From: a virus
Lineage: Duplodnaviria > Caudoviricetes
IMG/VR virus record: IMGVR_UViG_3300020238_000002
Span: 6,898 to 70,897 of that record
Reading direction: 5' to 3' (one strand)
Length of the DNA stretch: 64,000 bases
The notes under the pieces were generated by a model. It ran no database searches. It was not told the origin of the DNA and saw only the letters and a list, made by a program, of their open reading frames with translations. Numbering within the stretch: position 1 is the stretch's first letter; each line of letters begins with the position of its first letter. The position numbers and the translations under genes are program-made. Of this stretch, positions 38,658-47,834 are shown piece after piece.

Positions 38658-39710
38658 ATGGGCATAATGGATAAGCTCGCGAAGAACTCTCGTATCAAAG
38701 AGTCTTCACAACTAGACAAAAGTAAATTGTTTAGTAATAAGGATATGGTGACTACACCTGTTCCTATGATTAACGTTGCGTTATCAGGCGATCCAAGCGG
38801 AGGTCTGACATCTGGACTAACAGTACTGGCAGGACCAAGTAAGCATTTCAAAACTAGTTTTGGACTACTCATGGCTGCAGCATACTTAGATAAGTATGAA
38901 GATGCTGTTTTGTTATTCTATGATTCAGAGTTTGGTAGCCCGCAACAATATTTTAAGTCGTTCGGTATTGATACTTCCCGCGTACTACATAGTCCCATTA
39001 CTAATGTAGAAGAGCTGAAATTCGATTTGATATCCCAGCTTGAGAATATTGAACGCACCGACAAAGTGATTATTATGATTGACTCTGTCGGAAATCTTGC
39101 TTCGAAGAAGGAGCTTGAAGATGCTATGAATGAAAAGTCAGTAGCAGATATGTCGAGAGCGAAAGCCCTCAAAGGTCTATTTAGAATGACAACACCCTAC
39201 CTAACAATGAGAGATATTCCATTGATAGCAGTCAACCACACATATCAAGAAATCGGCTTATTCCCTAAAGCAGTCGTGTCCGGTGGTACAGGTATTTACT
39301 ACTCCTCAGATAATATCTGGATCATCGGCCGTCAGCAAGAGAAAAAGGGAACTGAAATTACAGGATATAACTTTGTCATTAATGTAGAAAAATCAAGGTT
39401 TGTCCGTGAGAAGTCTAAGATTCCTATCTCAGTTACATGGGAAGGTGGTATTGAAACATATTCTGGATTATTAGAAGTAGCAATAGAAGGTGGATATGTA
39501 GTTAAACCTCAAAATGGTTGGTACTCAAAGGTTGACCGATCTACTGGAGAAGTAGAAGATAAAAAGGTTAGACTTGCCCAAACATTGGAAAAAGATTTTT
39601 GGACAGATATTTTTGCAAAGACAGATTTCGAAGATTATATTAAGAACAAATATGAAGTCGGTCATGCTGATATGATTAAACAAGATAACCCTGAAGATAT
39701 GGATATTTAA
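38658..39710 (+). CDS. uvsX: RecA-like recombinase UvsX
   Basis: AGPSKHFKT, FYDSEFG, DSVGNLASKKE, SGGTG. Confidence 0.97.
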   Translation: MGIMDKLAKNSRIKESSQLDKSKLFSNKDMVTTPVPMINVALSGDPSGGLTSGLTVLAGPSKHFKTSFGLLMAAAYLDKYEDAVLLFYDSEFGSPQQYFKSFGIDTSRVLHSPITNVEELKFDLISQLENIERTDKVIIMIDSVGNLASKKELEDAMNEKSVADMSRAKALKGLFRMTTPYLTMRDIPLIAVNHTYQEIGLFPKAVVSGGTGIYYSSDNIWIIGRQQEKKGTEITGYNFVINVEKSRFVREKSKIPISVTWEGGIETYSGLLEVAIEGGYVVKPQNGWYSKVDRSTGEVEDKKVRLAQTLEKDFWTDIFAKTDFEDYIKNKYEVGHADMIKQDNPEDMDI

Positions 39711-41056
39711 TGCAGATAGAAACATTAATCTTACGAAACTTAATGCTCAATGAGGATTATACCAGAACGGTTATTCCTCATTTGAAAACTATATACTTTG
39801 AAGATCCACACAGATCAGTATTTAATGAGATTGTTGGGTTTGTCAATAAGTTTAATAAGTTGCCAAGTGCTGATGCTTTAACTATTGAGTTAAAGAATAA
39901 TCCTAAGATCACATCAGATTCTCTTGCACTTATACCTGAATTGAGTAAACAGGATACAGAACAAACTATCGAATGGTTAGTTGAAAAGACTGAGAAGTGG
40001 TGTCAAGACCGAGCAATCTATTTGGCAATCATGGATTCTATTAATATTATTGAAGGTAAGCATGATACATTAGATAAGAATGCATTGCCTACCGTATTAG
40101 CAGAAGCTTTAGGTGTTAACTTTGACATGAGGGTTGGACATGATTATGTTGATGACTCTGATAATCGTTATGATTTCTATCATAGGCAAGAAGAACACCT
40201 ACCATTTGACTTAGAAAAGTTTAACACAATCACTAAAGGTGGTCTCGTCAAGAAATCTCTTAATGTTGCTTTGGCTGGTACAGGTGTAGGTAAGTCTTTA
40301 TTCATGTGTCATGTTGCAGCTGGTGCCCTAACACAAATGAAAAATGTGTTATATATAACTATGGAGATGGCAGAAGAAAGGATAGCAGAACGTATTGATG
40401 CTAACCTTATGAATGTGCCTATTGACCAGTTAGAGAATCTATCGAAAGATATGTTTGATAAGAAGATGCATAAGCTTACTGACAAAGGTGTTGGTAAACT
40501 TATTGTGAAAGAATATCCTACAGGAGCTGCAAGTTCTATTCACTTTAGGGCATTACTAAAAGAATTAAAGATCAAACGTGACTTCACACCTGATCTTATT
40601 TGTATAGACTATCTAAATATATGTGCCTCATCAAGAATGAAATCTATGGGTGGTGCAATTAACTCATATATTATGGTCAAAGCAATTGCAGAAGAATTGC
40701 GTGGCTTAGCAGTAGAGTATAACTTACCTATTGTTACGGCCACACAAACTACTCGTTCAGGTTTTGCATCATCTGATGTAGGACTAGAAGATACAAGTGA
40801 ATCATTTGGTTTGCCTGCTACGGCAGATCTTATGTTTGCACTTATATCTACAGAAGAGTTAGAAAACCTTAACCAAATAATGGTTAAACAATTAAAGAAT
40901 AGGTATAATGATCCTACAGGTGGAAACAAGAAGTTTGTACTTGGAATTGACAGAGCCAAGATGAGACTGTACGATGTAGAAGATACAGCACAAACTCTGA
41001 ATGTAAGGGATGAGCCACCTAAAAAAGTAAATCAATTTGAGGATTTTGACGTATGA
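39710..41056 (+). CDS. gp41: Replicative DnaB-like helicase (T4 gp41)
   Basis: AGTGVGKS, IDYLNIC, TATQTTR, SESFGLPATAD, KQLKNRY. Confidence 0.97.
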   Translation: MQIETLILRNLMLNEDYTRTVIPHLKTIYFEDPHRSVFNEIVGFVNKFNKLPSADALTIELKNNPKITSDSLALIPELSKQDTEQTIEWLVEKTEKWCQDRAIYLAIMDSINIIEGKHDTLDKNALPTVLAEALGVNFDMRVGHDYVDDSDNRYDFYHRQEEHLPFDLEKFNTITKGGLVKKSLNVALAGTGVGKSLFMCHVAAGALTQMKNVLYITMEMAEERIAERIDANLMNVPIDQLENLSKDMFDKKMHKLTDKGVGKLIVKEYPTGAASSIHFRALLKELKIKRDFTPDLICIDYLNICASSRMKSMGGAINSYIMVKAIAEELRGLAVEYNLPIVTATQTTRSGFASSDVGLEDTSESFGLPATADLMFALISTEELENLNQIMVKQLKNRYNDPTGGNKKFVLGIDRAKMRLYDVEDTAQTLNVRDEPPKKVNQFEDFDV

Positions 41057-41520
41057 GTACTTTATTAACAGGCCAAGGATGGGGAAGGAAATATACCAGC
41101 CTAGCCAAAGAAATATCTACATGGTCTAAGGACCCAAGCACACAAGTTGGTGCAGTTGTTATAGGTGAAAAAGGCCAATTATTATCACAAGGTTATAATG
41201 GGTTTCCACGAGGCATTAATGATACTGATGATAGACTAAATAATCGTGAAAGAAAGTATGAATTAGTTGTACATGCAGAGATGAATGCTATATATAATGC
41301 TAGTTTTAATGGAGTTTCTTTAAAGGATTCTACATTATACGTGTATGGTTTACCTATTTGTAGTGAATGTGCGAAAGGTATTATTCAAGTTGGTATAAAA
41401 AAGGTTGTTGCTACGAGACCTAGAATATATAATTCCGATTGGGATAAATCAACAAAGGCTGCTGAGGCTTTATTTAGAGAAGCTGAAGTAATGTATTTAA
41501 TCGACGTGGAGGAAGAATGA
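41053..41520 (+). CDS. cd: dCMP deaminase
   Basis: WSKDPSTQVGA, GYNGFP, HAEMNA, PICSEC. Confidence 0.93.
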   Translation: MSTLLTGQGWGRKYTSLAKEISTWSKDPSTQVGAVVIGEKGQLLSQGYNGFPRGINDTDDRLNNRERKYELVVHAEMNAIYNASFNGVSLKDSTLYVYGLPICSECAKGIIQVGIKKVVATRPRIYNSDWDKSTKAAEALFREAEVMYLIDVEEE

Positions 41521-41651
41521 GCAAGACAATGAATCCGTATGTGAAAGTACGAAGAGATGCAAATAAAAATCGTGTATCTAAAAAGAATATGAGTCATGGA
41601 ACATTCAGATGTAAACGTCATCCAAACAGTAAGAGGTGTCAAAATGCTTAA
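41517..41651 (+). CDS. Small basic hypothetical protein (44 aa, not in ORF track)
   Basis: ATGA overlap with the cd stop; MSKTMNPYVKVRR...RCKRHPNSKRCQNA. Confidence 0.45.
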   Translation: MSKTMNPYVKVRRDANKNRVSKKNMSHGTFRCKRHPNSKRCQNA

Positions 41652-41967
41652 GACTTTATTTAATCAAGGCTATTCGAAGAAGTTCATGGATCGAATAGAA
41701 TTTAGAAGAAAGGAATACTACGAGAAGCGTAGAATTCAAACAATCCGTGAAAACGCCATGAACATGGCACACAATTGGAGACACGAATATCCTCATGGAA
41801 CTCCATTAGAATATATTCGTGATGATATTATTGAATGCTGGGAAAGAAATTCAAAGGTTGGTATCTATAAAAATTTAGATAATAAACAAAGCATACCAAC
41901 ACCGAATGTTGTAGATCCATTAGATACTATCCCATACAAAATTGAAGGAGAACATGAGAAAACATAA
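41644..41967 (+). CDS. Hypothetical protein
   Basis: GAGGT RBS before ATG 41644. Confidence 0.55.
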   Translation: MLKTLFNQGYSKKFMDRIEFRRKEYYEKRRIQTIRENAMNMAHNWRHEYPHGTPLEYIRDDIIECWERNSKVGIYKNLDNKQSIPTPNVVDPLDTIPYKIEGEHEKT

Positions 41968-42385
41968 AATAATAGGTTTAATATTTGGTATGGTTTTTGC
42001 CGCATCTGCAATGGCAGCAACTAAACATTTTGATATAAAAGATCATTATCATGAGGTTGTTTATTTAGAACCATATACGATTGAAGTATGTGAACAACAA
42101 AGAGTAACAAACCAAGATGACTTAATTAATAATGCATTTTGGGGAGCAATCTTTGGAGCAGTTGTCGGTGATGTAATTGATGAAGACAGCGGCAAAGTTC
42201 CTGGCGCAGTAATTGGTGCAGCTATTGGTGCAAATGAGGCCGAGAAGAATAGCACTACAACAGCAATGGTATGTAAGACTGAGACACGTAAGAAGTCTAC
42301 CACAGTCAATGAATACTCTCATTCAACTATCAGCTTTGCATATGACGGTATCATGTATGAAGTTGACTTTATTAAGAAGCAATAA
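41954..42385 (+). CDS. Glycine-zipper 2TM domain secreted/membrane protein
   Basis: Signal peptide; GAIFGAVVG...GAVIGAAIG. Confidence 0.8.
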   Translation: MRKHKIIGLIFGMVFAASAMAATKHFDIKDHYHEVVYLEPYTIEVCEQQRVTNQDDLINNAFWGAIFGAVVGDVIDEDSGKVPGAVIGAAIGANEAEKNSTTTAMVCKTETRKKSTTVNEYSHSTISFAYDGIMYEVDFIKKQ

Positions 42386-42552
42386 TGTTTAAAGTAGGCG
42401 ATTTAGTAGAAAAAGTAGGTGGTGATTATACATTTGTAGGTCACGTAGTTTCAGTATTTGAAAAACTTAGTGGTGCAGTACGATTAGTTGTAGAAGACGA
42501 TCGTGGTGTATTACATGTATACAGTGAAAAGATATTGAGGCATGTAGAATGA
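42385..42552 (+). CDS. 55-aa SH3-like protein resembling type II (R67/DfrB) dihydrofolate reductase (not in ORF track)
   Basis: MFKVGDLVEKVGGDYTFVGHVVSVFEKLSGAVRLVVEDDRGVLHVYSEKILRHVE; coupled on both sides (TAATG, ATGA). Confidence 0.6.
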   Translation: MFKVGDLVEKVGGDYTFVGHVVSVFEKLSGAVRLVVEDDRGVLHVYSEKILRHVE

Positions 42553-42755
42553 AAGACGGACCATTAAAATCAGCATTTGAAAAATACTTAACAGAGAGAT
42601 CAAGCACTGAAGGTGTTTTATATCAAGAACTAACAACATATAAAATTAATTTAGATGGCATGTTAACTAAAGAAACAGTTACACGAAGATTCGGTCATGA
42701 TGGAAATTATCATGACACTACACATCAACTACCTTTGGTACAGACAAATGAATAA
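42549..42755 (+). CDS. Hypothetical protein
   Basis: Coupled ORF. Confidence 0.6.
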   Translation: MKDGPLKSAFEKYLTERSSTEGVLYQELTTYKINLDGMLTKETVTRRFGHDGNYHDTTHQLPLVQTNE

Positions 42756-43044
42756 AGAAGCACCATTCAAAAAATGGACATTCGTAGATAAGAATGATTT
42801 AGATAATGAACATTGGTATGTACGATTAGATGGTGGAAAATACCATGATGTAATTTACAGATATATGAAAGTATCATTAAATATGGATACTCAATCTATA
42901 AATTTTGATTACGAAGTGGTAGAATATCCAAGTATGGATGATCCACATGGGGAACCTGAGTTTACTCAAGCTGCAGGTGATATTTTAAAAAGTATATTAG
43001 ATGATGCGATGGAAAAGCAGGACTATGTACTAGGTGAAAAGTAA
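42748..43044 (+). CDS. Conserved T4-like hypothetical protein
   Basis: GKYHDVIYRY...FDYEV...GDILKSIL; ATG at 42748. Confidence 0.6.
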   Translation: MNKEAPFKKWTFVDKNDLDNEHWYVRLDGGKYHDVIYRYMKVSLNMDTQSINFDYEVVEYPSMDDPHGEPEFTQAAGDILKSILDDAMEKQDYVLGEK

Positions 43045-43316
43045 TGAACGTAAAAGAAACACTGACCATTCTCTCAGAAGAATGCGCAGAAGTAATACAA
43101 GCTAACTCAAAATTAATTAGATTTGGCCCATATGATGAAGATAATGTGGCTGAATTAGAACAGGAACTCGGTGATATAATGGCCATGATACTCGTACTTG
43201 ATTATTATGGCTATGTTTCAACAGAAAATATCACAAAGAATGTAGAACCAAAGCTAAAAAAGCTTAAAAAGTACAGCAAAATTAAGAATTTAAATAAAAT
43301 TATAAAGAATTTGTAA
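43044..43316 (+). CDS. MazG-like nucleotide pyrophosphohydrolase
   Basis: LSEECAEVIQA...LEQELGDIMA. Confidence 0.75.
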   Translation: MNVKETLTILSEECAEVIQANSKLIRFGPYDEDNVAELEQELGDIMAMILVLDYYGYVSTENITKNVEPKLKKLKKYSKIKNLNKIIKNL

Positions 43317-43320
43317 TTAT

Positions 43321-43328
43321 TATAAATA
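43321..43328 (+). promoter_or_regulatory. Late promoter TATAAATA heading the putative internal-protein block
   Basis: Exact match in intergenic gap. Confidence 0.75.
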
Positions 43329-43358
43329 CCTTTATATCGAATTTATATAAGGGTTTTA

Positions 43359-44045
43359 ATGCAGTCACTTAAAGGTTATCTATCCGAAGGTCGTCACGAT
43401 CCTTCAATATTCAAGGCAGTTTTTATGGCAGGTGCTCCAGGCGCAGGCAAAAGCTTTGTCTCTGATTGGATGTCTTTAGGTCCCCAACTTGGTTACAAGG
43501 TAATCAATTCAGACATGGAATTCGAACGTTACATGAAGGAAGCAGGATTAACTGATGATAAAGGTGCAGTTATCCTTGATCCTTCAAAAGAGTTTGAACG
43601 TGGTGTAATACGTACAGTAGCAAAAAGACACACAGCAGCTAAACAAAGACATGCCATGATCGGCAGATTAGGTCTTGTTATTGACGGTACAGGAGCAAAC
43701 GCTTCTAAAGTAGAAAAACAAAAGAAAACATTAGAAGCACTTGGTTATGAAACAGCCATGGTGTATGTTAGTATTCCTTTAGAAGATTCAATTGAATCAG
43801 ATAGAAAACGTGGCGAAGCAGGAGATAGATCAATTGGACCAGAGCTTGTTACCCAAAAATTCCAAGAATTAGATAAGAGTTTACCTAAATTAAAAAGGGC
43901 ATTTGGCAGAATGTTTTTCGAGATAGATAACACAGTAAGAGAAAAAACACCAACAATAATTCGTGGTGTATATAATCAAATTGCTAAATGGTCTAAGAAA
44001 TTACCAACAAACAGAGCAGCTAAAACTTGGATAAAGAATAACTAA
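43359..44045 (+). CDS. P-loop kinase (zeta-toxin/AAA_33-like)
   Basis: GAPGAGKS, INSD, LVIDGTG, LGYETAMVYV. Confidence 0.8.
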   Translation: MQSLKGYLSEGRHDPSIFKAVFMAGAPGAGKSFVSDWMSLGPQLGYKVINSDMEFERYMKEAGLTDDKGAVILDPSKEFERGVIRTVAKRHTAAKQRHAMIGRLGLVIDGTGANASKVEKQKKTLEALGYETAMVYVSIPLEDSIESDRKRGEAGDRSIGPELVTQKFQELDKSLPKLKRAFGRMFFEIDNTVREKTPTIIRGVYNQIAKWSKKLPTNRAAKTWIKNN

Positions 44046-44046
44046 T

Positions 44047-44286
44047 ATGAAAACATTAAAACAGATTTTAGAAGGTCCAGGCAGTAAAAGTGAACCATGG
44101 GAAGATGGTTATAAGAGAAGAGTCGTAAAGACCACAAAGCCTGAGCATAAAGAAAAAGGATATAATTGGAGAATTAAAGGTAAAGACCGTAATGAGATCT
44201 CCATTAAACTATACAAGTCTAAGCCAGATTTTGCTGAGTTTAAAAAGCAAATGAGAAGGGTTGCAGGACACGAGTTCGGAGGATAA
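44047..44286 (+). CDS. Hypothetical protein, putative capsid-internal
   Basis: N-terminus MKTLKQILE. Confidence 0.6.
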   Translation: MKTLKQILEGPGSKSEPWEDGYKRRVVKTTKPEHKEKGYNWRIKGKDRNEISIKLYKSKPDFAEFKKQMRRVAGHEFGG

Positions 44287-44631
44287 ATGAAAACCTATAA
44301 ACAAGTAGAAGCAATTGACCATATATGTGAGCAACAATACCAAGATGAGGTAATAAGCGAAGCAGAGTATCAAGGCAAAACAGTTACATTAAATAATCCT
44401 ACACGTTCACCTAAAGGAAGTAAGCATAAATTTCATGTATATGTAAAGAATGATAAAGGTAATGTTGTAAAGGTTACATTCGGTGATCCTAATATGGAAA
44501 TTAAGAGAGATGATCCTGCAAGACGTAAATCATTTCGTGCAAGACATAATTGTGATCAGAAAAAAGATAAAACTAAAGCAGGATATTGGTCGTGTTACCA
44601 ATGGAGAGCTGGAGCAAAGGTAGATAATTAA
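44287..44631 (+). CDS. Conserved basic phage protein, putative capsid-internal
   Basis: EAEYQGKTV, VTFGDP, RRKSFRARHNC, AGYWSC. Confidence 0.7.
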   Translation: MKTYKQVEAIDHICEQQYQDEVISEAEYQGKTVTLNNPTRSPKGSKHKFHVYVKNDKGNVVKVTFGDPNMEIKRDDPARRKSFRARHNCDQKKDKTKAGYWSCYQWRAGAKVDN

Positions 44632-45989
44632 TGTTAAATTTTAAAGAGCAAGTAACAGAATCAACACAAATGCGTTTAGTCGATCTTCTTCCGAAGAAGG
44701 TGAAGCGTATGATATACAGAGTTGCACATCAAGACAAGTATAAAGGTGCTTTGCTTATGATGAAAGCATTAAGAAAAGATCCTGATGTAATCTCAAGAGG
44801 CTTGAGCAAACAAAAGATTCAGGCTATTGCTGCAGATCATTTTGGTTTAAACCATCGTGAGTTTGCAAGAGTACTTGATCGTAAGACAAGATACGAAGAG
44901 AAAACTCCTACTAGACCACAAGAAGATGATTCAGGTTGGGTAGAAGAGTATATCACAGAAGCTCGTACTGATACAACACTAAATGCATCTATTACAGAAT
45001 TATTTCCTGCTCTTGCTTTTAATAACAAATCAAAACCTGTAAGTGTAGAAGCTTTTAAAAAGTTTGTATATAAACTAAATTTAGATAGAGACAGAAAATC
45101 ATTTATGCCAGCTGATAAAGAAGCGGCAAAACTCGTTATAGAAAAAATACCTAGTATGGAAGAAAGATTTTCTAAAGATAAAATAGAAAATGCCATAGGA
45201 ATTACTAATTATTTGTATGAGTTACACGATACAAAACCTATTAGTCATGTTGTGTGGGGATACCGTGCAAAACCAAGAGGAATACCAAAGAATCATGCAG
45301 GTGATATATTTGTATTCTTTCGTGATAAATCAGTTATTGGAGTATCACTTAAAGCTGGATCTGCTAAATCGAGAGAGCCATTGTTAAATACTTATGTAGG
45401 AACACAATACAAAAAACGTGGTTGGGATACTACTGAATTGCAAAATACTTTATGGGATAGAGTATATTCGCAAGTTCCTGGTGTAACTGATATAGCAACA
45501 AAAACAAATTATATGGACAAGAAGGTTAAACCAGAAGTTGTCCGTAAATATATAGAGATGTTCCTTTTAGATCAAAAAGCAGCAGATGTATTATATCATG
45601 AACAGACTAAAGTTTGTAGACAACAGTTATGTAAAGAAATTAATAAAATGTCTACCGCTGATTTTATTCAATGGTTAGGTGAAGACTTTAATTTAGAAAA
45701 GAAAGGTGAGAAAGTACCACTAATATTAGTCAAAGCTGTTGGCACAACCGCAACTCGTAAAGGAGATGATTTAGCTCCTGTATACAAAACAATCACAGAT
45801 CATAAAGCTTATTTAGATAAAAATTCAGTCCAAGCATGGATGATTGACGTATATTTACCTGAAGGTAAAATGACATTAGATATGGTTTGTAGATCTGACT
45901 CGGGTGTTCGTGCTGAAAAGGGAGTAACTGGCCAGGGTAGATTAGGTAAATTTATGATGTTAAAAGTTTTATATAAAGGAATACTATGA
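44631..45989 (+). CDS. Two-domain protein with C-terminal PD-(D/E)xK-like nuclease fold
   Basis: AGDIFV...GVSLK; N-terminus MLNFKEQVTE; internal YITEA. Confidence 0.55.
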   Translation: MLNFKEQVTESTQMRLVDLLPKKVKRMIYRVAHQDKYKGALLMMKALRKDPDVISRGLSKQKIQAIAADHFGLNHREFARVLDRKTRYEEKTPTRPQEDDSGWVEEYITEARTDTTLNASITELFPALAFNNKSKPVSVEAFKKFVYKLNLDRDRKSFMPADKEAAKLVIEKIPSMEERFSKDKIENAIGITNYLYELHDTKPISHVVWGYRAKPRGIPKNHAGDIFVFFRDKSVIGVSLKAGSAKSREPLLNTYVGTQYKKRGWDTTELQNTLWDRVYSQVPGVTDIATKTNYMDKKVKPEVVRKYIEMFLLDQKAADVLYHEQTKVCRQQLCKEINKMSTADFIQWLGEDFNLEKKGEKVPLILVKAVGTTATRKGDDLAPVYKTITDHKAYLDKNSVQAWMIDVYLPEGKMTLDMVCRSDSGVRAEKGVTGQGRLGKFMMLKVLYKGIL

Positions 45990-47215
45990 ATCTAAAGCAA
46001 CACATAGCAGAAGCAAAGAATACTCACATGACTCATATTGAGGACATGGTGATTGACGGTGGTGTAGCTGGAGCACGATCAGCTATCTTTGCATTAAGAG
46101 ATTTAAGAGACATGTTGGCTGGTCATACAAATGACACTAAACAAGTCACAGTTAAATGGGATGGCGCACCAGCAGTATTTGCTGGTATTGATCCATCTGA
46201 CGGTAAGTTCTTTGTAGCAAAGAAAGGAATATTTAATAAGAATCCTAAAGTATATAAATCAGTAAAGGATGTAAAAGCTGATACATCTGGTGATTTAGCA
46301 AAGAAGCTTACAGTAGCATTTCAAGAATTAAGTAAACTTGGTATAAAGAAAGGAGTCTACCAAGGTGACATTATGTTCACAAAACAAGACTTAAAGAAAG
46401 CAACAATTGATGGGAAGAAGTATGTAACCTTCCACCCAAATACTATAGTATATGCAGTACCCGTTGAAGCAGCGCAAGAGATTATGAGAGCTAAAATTGG
46501 AGTAGTGTGGCATACTTATTACTCAGGCTCAACCTTTGAAACAATGAATGCTTCATTTGGTGTATCCACTGCAGCGTTTAAAAATGTCCGAACGGTATGG
46601 CAGAAGTCCGCCAACCTACCAGACATATCTGGTTTAGCCACATTAACCAAAAAGGAAACAGATGAAATTACCAAGCATATCTCGAACGCAGGAAAGCTCT
46701 TTCAAAAAATCGCCGCTACGACGCTTAATGACGTGGCTTCAAATAAAGATATTAACCTCTTTATCAATACCTTTCGCAATACGAAGGTTAGAGCGCAAGA
46801 GGAAGTTACAGACTCCAAAGCCTATGTTGAAGAACTTATCGGATGGATCGAGAATCGTTATAACACCGAAAAAGAAAGGCTTAAGAGCGATGCTGGGAAG
46901 GATAGGAAGGAACAAGCGAAGCTGGCAGCCTTAGAATTCTTCTCAGATGAGAACAGAGATGGTCTTATAAGTATGTTTGATATGCAAAACGAGCTAGTAT
47001 CTGCTAAGATAAAGCTATTAAAGCATCTGGACAGTATGGATAGTATAAATACATTTATAAAGACTAAAGACGGGTTTAGAGTAACAGGCGCCGAGGGATA
47101 TGTTGCTATAGACCATTTAACAAACGGTGCTGTTAAAATTGTGGATAGAATGGAATTTTCTTACAACAACTTTAGCAAAGACATAATCAAGGGATGGGAG
47201 TCCGAATCACGATGA
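45986..47215 (+). CDS. DUF6267-like protein with ATP-dependent ligase-type nucleotidyltransferase motifs
   Basis: TVKWDG (KxDG), YQGD, EGYV, VKIVDR; N-terminus MNLKQHIAEA. Confidence 0.65.
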   Translation: MNLKQHIAEAKNTHMTHIEDMVIDGGVAGARSAIFALRDLRDMLAGHTNDTKQVTVKWDGAPAVFAGIDPSDGKFFVAKKGIFNKNPKVYKSVKDVKADTSGDLAKKLTVAFQELSKLGIKKGVYQGDIMFTKQDLKKATIDGKKYVTFHPNTIVYAVPVEAAQEIMRAKIGVVWHTYYSGSTFETMNASFGVSTAAFKNVRTVWQKSANLPDISGLATLTKKETDEITKHISNAGKLFQKIAATTLNDVASNKDINLFINTFRNTKVRAQEEVTDSKAYVEELIGWIENRYNTEKERLKSDAGKDRKEQAKLAALEFFSDENRDGLISMFDMQNELVSAKIKLLKHLDSMDSINTFIKTKDGFRVTGAEGYVAIDHLTNGAVKIVDRMEFSYNNFSKDIIKGWESESR

Positions 47216-47520
47216 AATTAATAGACAAATTAGTACAATCATATACTGAACCAACAATAAGAGAAAACAGTATGGCAGCACGTAGAGCTGGAGCAAAAAG
47301 AGTTCATCATTCAGATAAAGCTCTTGAGAAGGATCAAATAGCTTTAATCGATTATCTATGGAAAAATCCAGACTTTCAAGCTCAAGCAGTAAAAAAAGGT
47401 TATAATAGGGATGATATCTACTTTGATGATAACGAACTTGTCTTTGGTTCTAAAACAGGAATGAGAGTTGGTAAGAATGATAAAGTTTCTGATATAATTA
47501 GAAAAGTTAAAGTAAAATAG
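47212..47520 (+). CDS. Hypothetical protein
   Basis: ATGA overlap with the previous stop. Confidence 0.55.
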   Translation: MKLIDKLVQSYTEPTIRENSMAARRAGAKRVHHSDKALEKDQIALIDYLWKNPDFQAQAVKKGYNRDDIYFDDNELVFGSKTGMRVGKNDKVSDIIRKVKVK

Positions 47521-47527
47521 GAGAATA

Positions 47528-47827
47528 ATGTCAAACATTCAAATAATACAATGTCAAAAAGCTTCAGGAAGCTTTGATACTGTAGATGCAGCAATGGCTC
47601 AACATTGTACTGACTGCACAGCGCTTACATCTGTATCAGATTATAAAGCGTGGGTAGGACAGCAACTTTTTTCTGAATCCTATGCGTTAATGGCTGATAA
47701 TAGCGGCTATAATATTACGCGAACTTGGGAAACCACAGAAGCAAAAGAGACTGGAGAAGCTGGATCAGCCCCAGATAATGATAGAGCCCAATTAAGTGTT
47801 AACGGCTGGACTTGTAAACTAATATAA
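47528..47827 (+). CDS. Hypothetical protein
   Basis: AGGAG RBS. Confidence 0.55.
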   Translation: MSNIQIIQCQKASGSFDTVDAAMAQHCTDCTALTSVSDYKAWVGQQLFSESYALMADNSGYNITRTWETTEAKETGEAGSAPDNDRAQLSVNGWTCKLI

Positions 47828-47834
47828 GGGTCAT

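Noticed and set aside
41517-41651. Ribosomal protein (bL36-like) in the small basic Cys/His ORF
   Set aside because: Cys/His spacing and sequence do not match; it is left as hypothetical.
43359-44045. P-loop kinase as the missing kinase of the DNA-modification operon
   Set aside because: It lies about 5 kb away under a late promoter, has a capsid-targeting-like leader and has zeta-toxin-like motifs. The link is unsupported, though not excluded.
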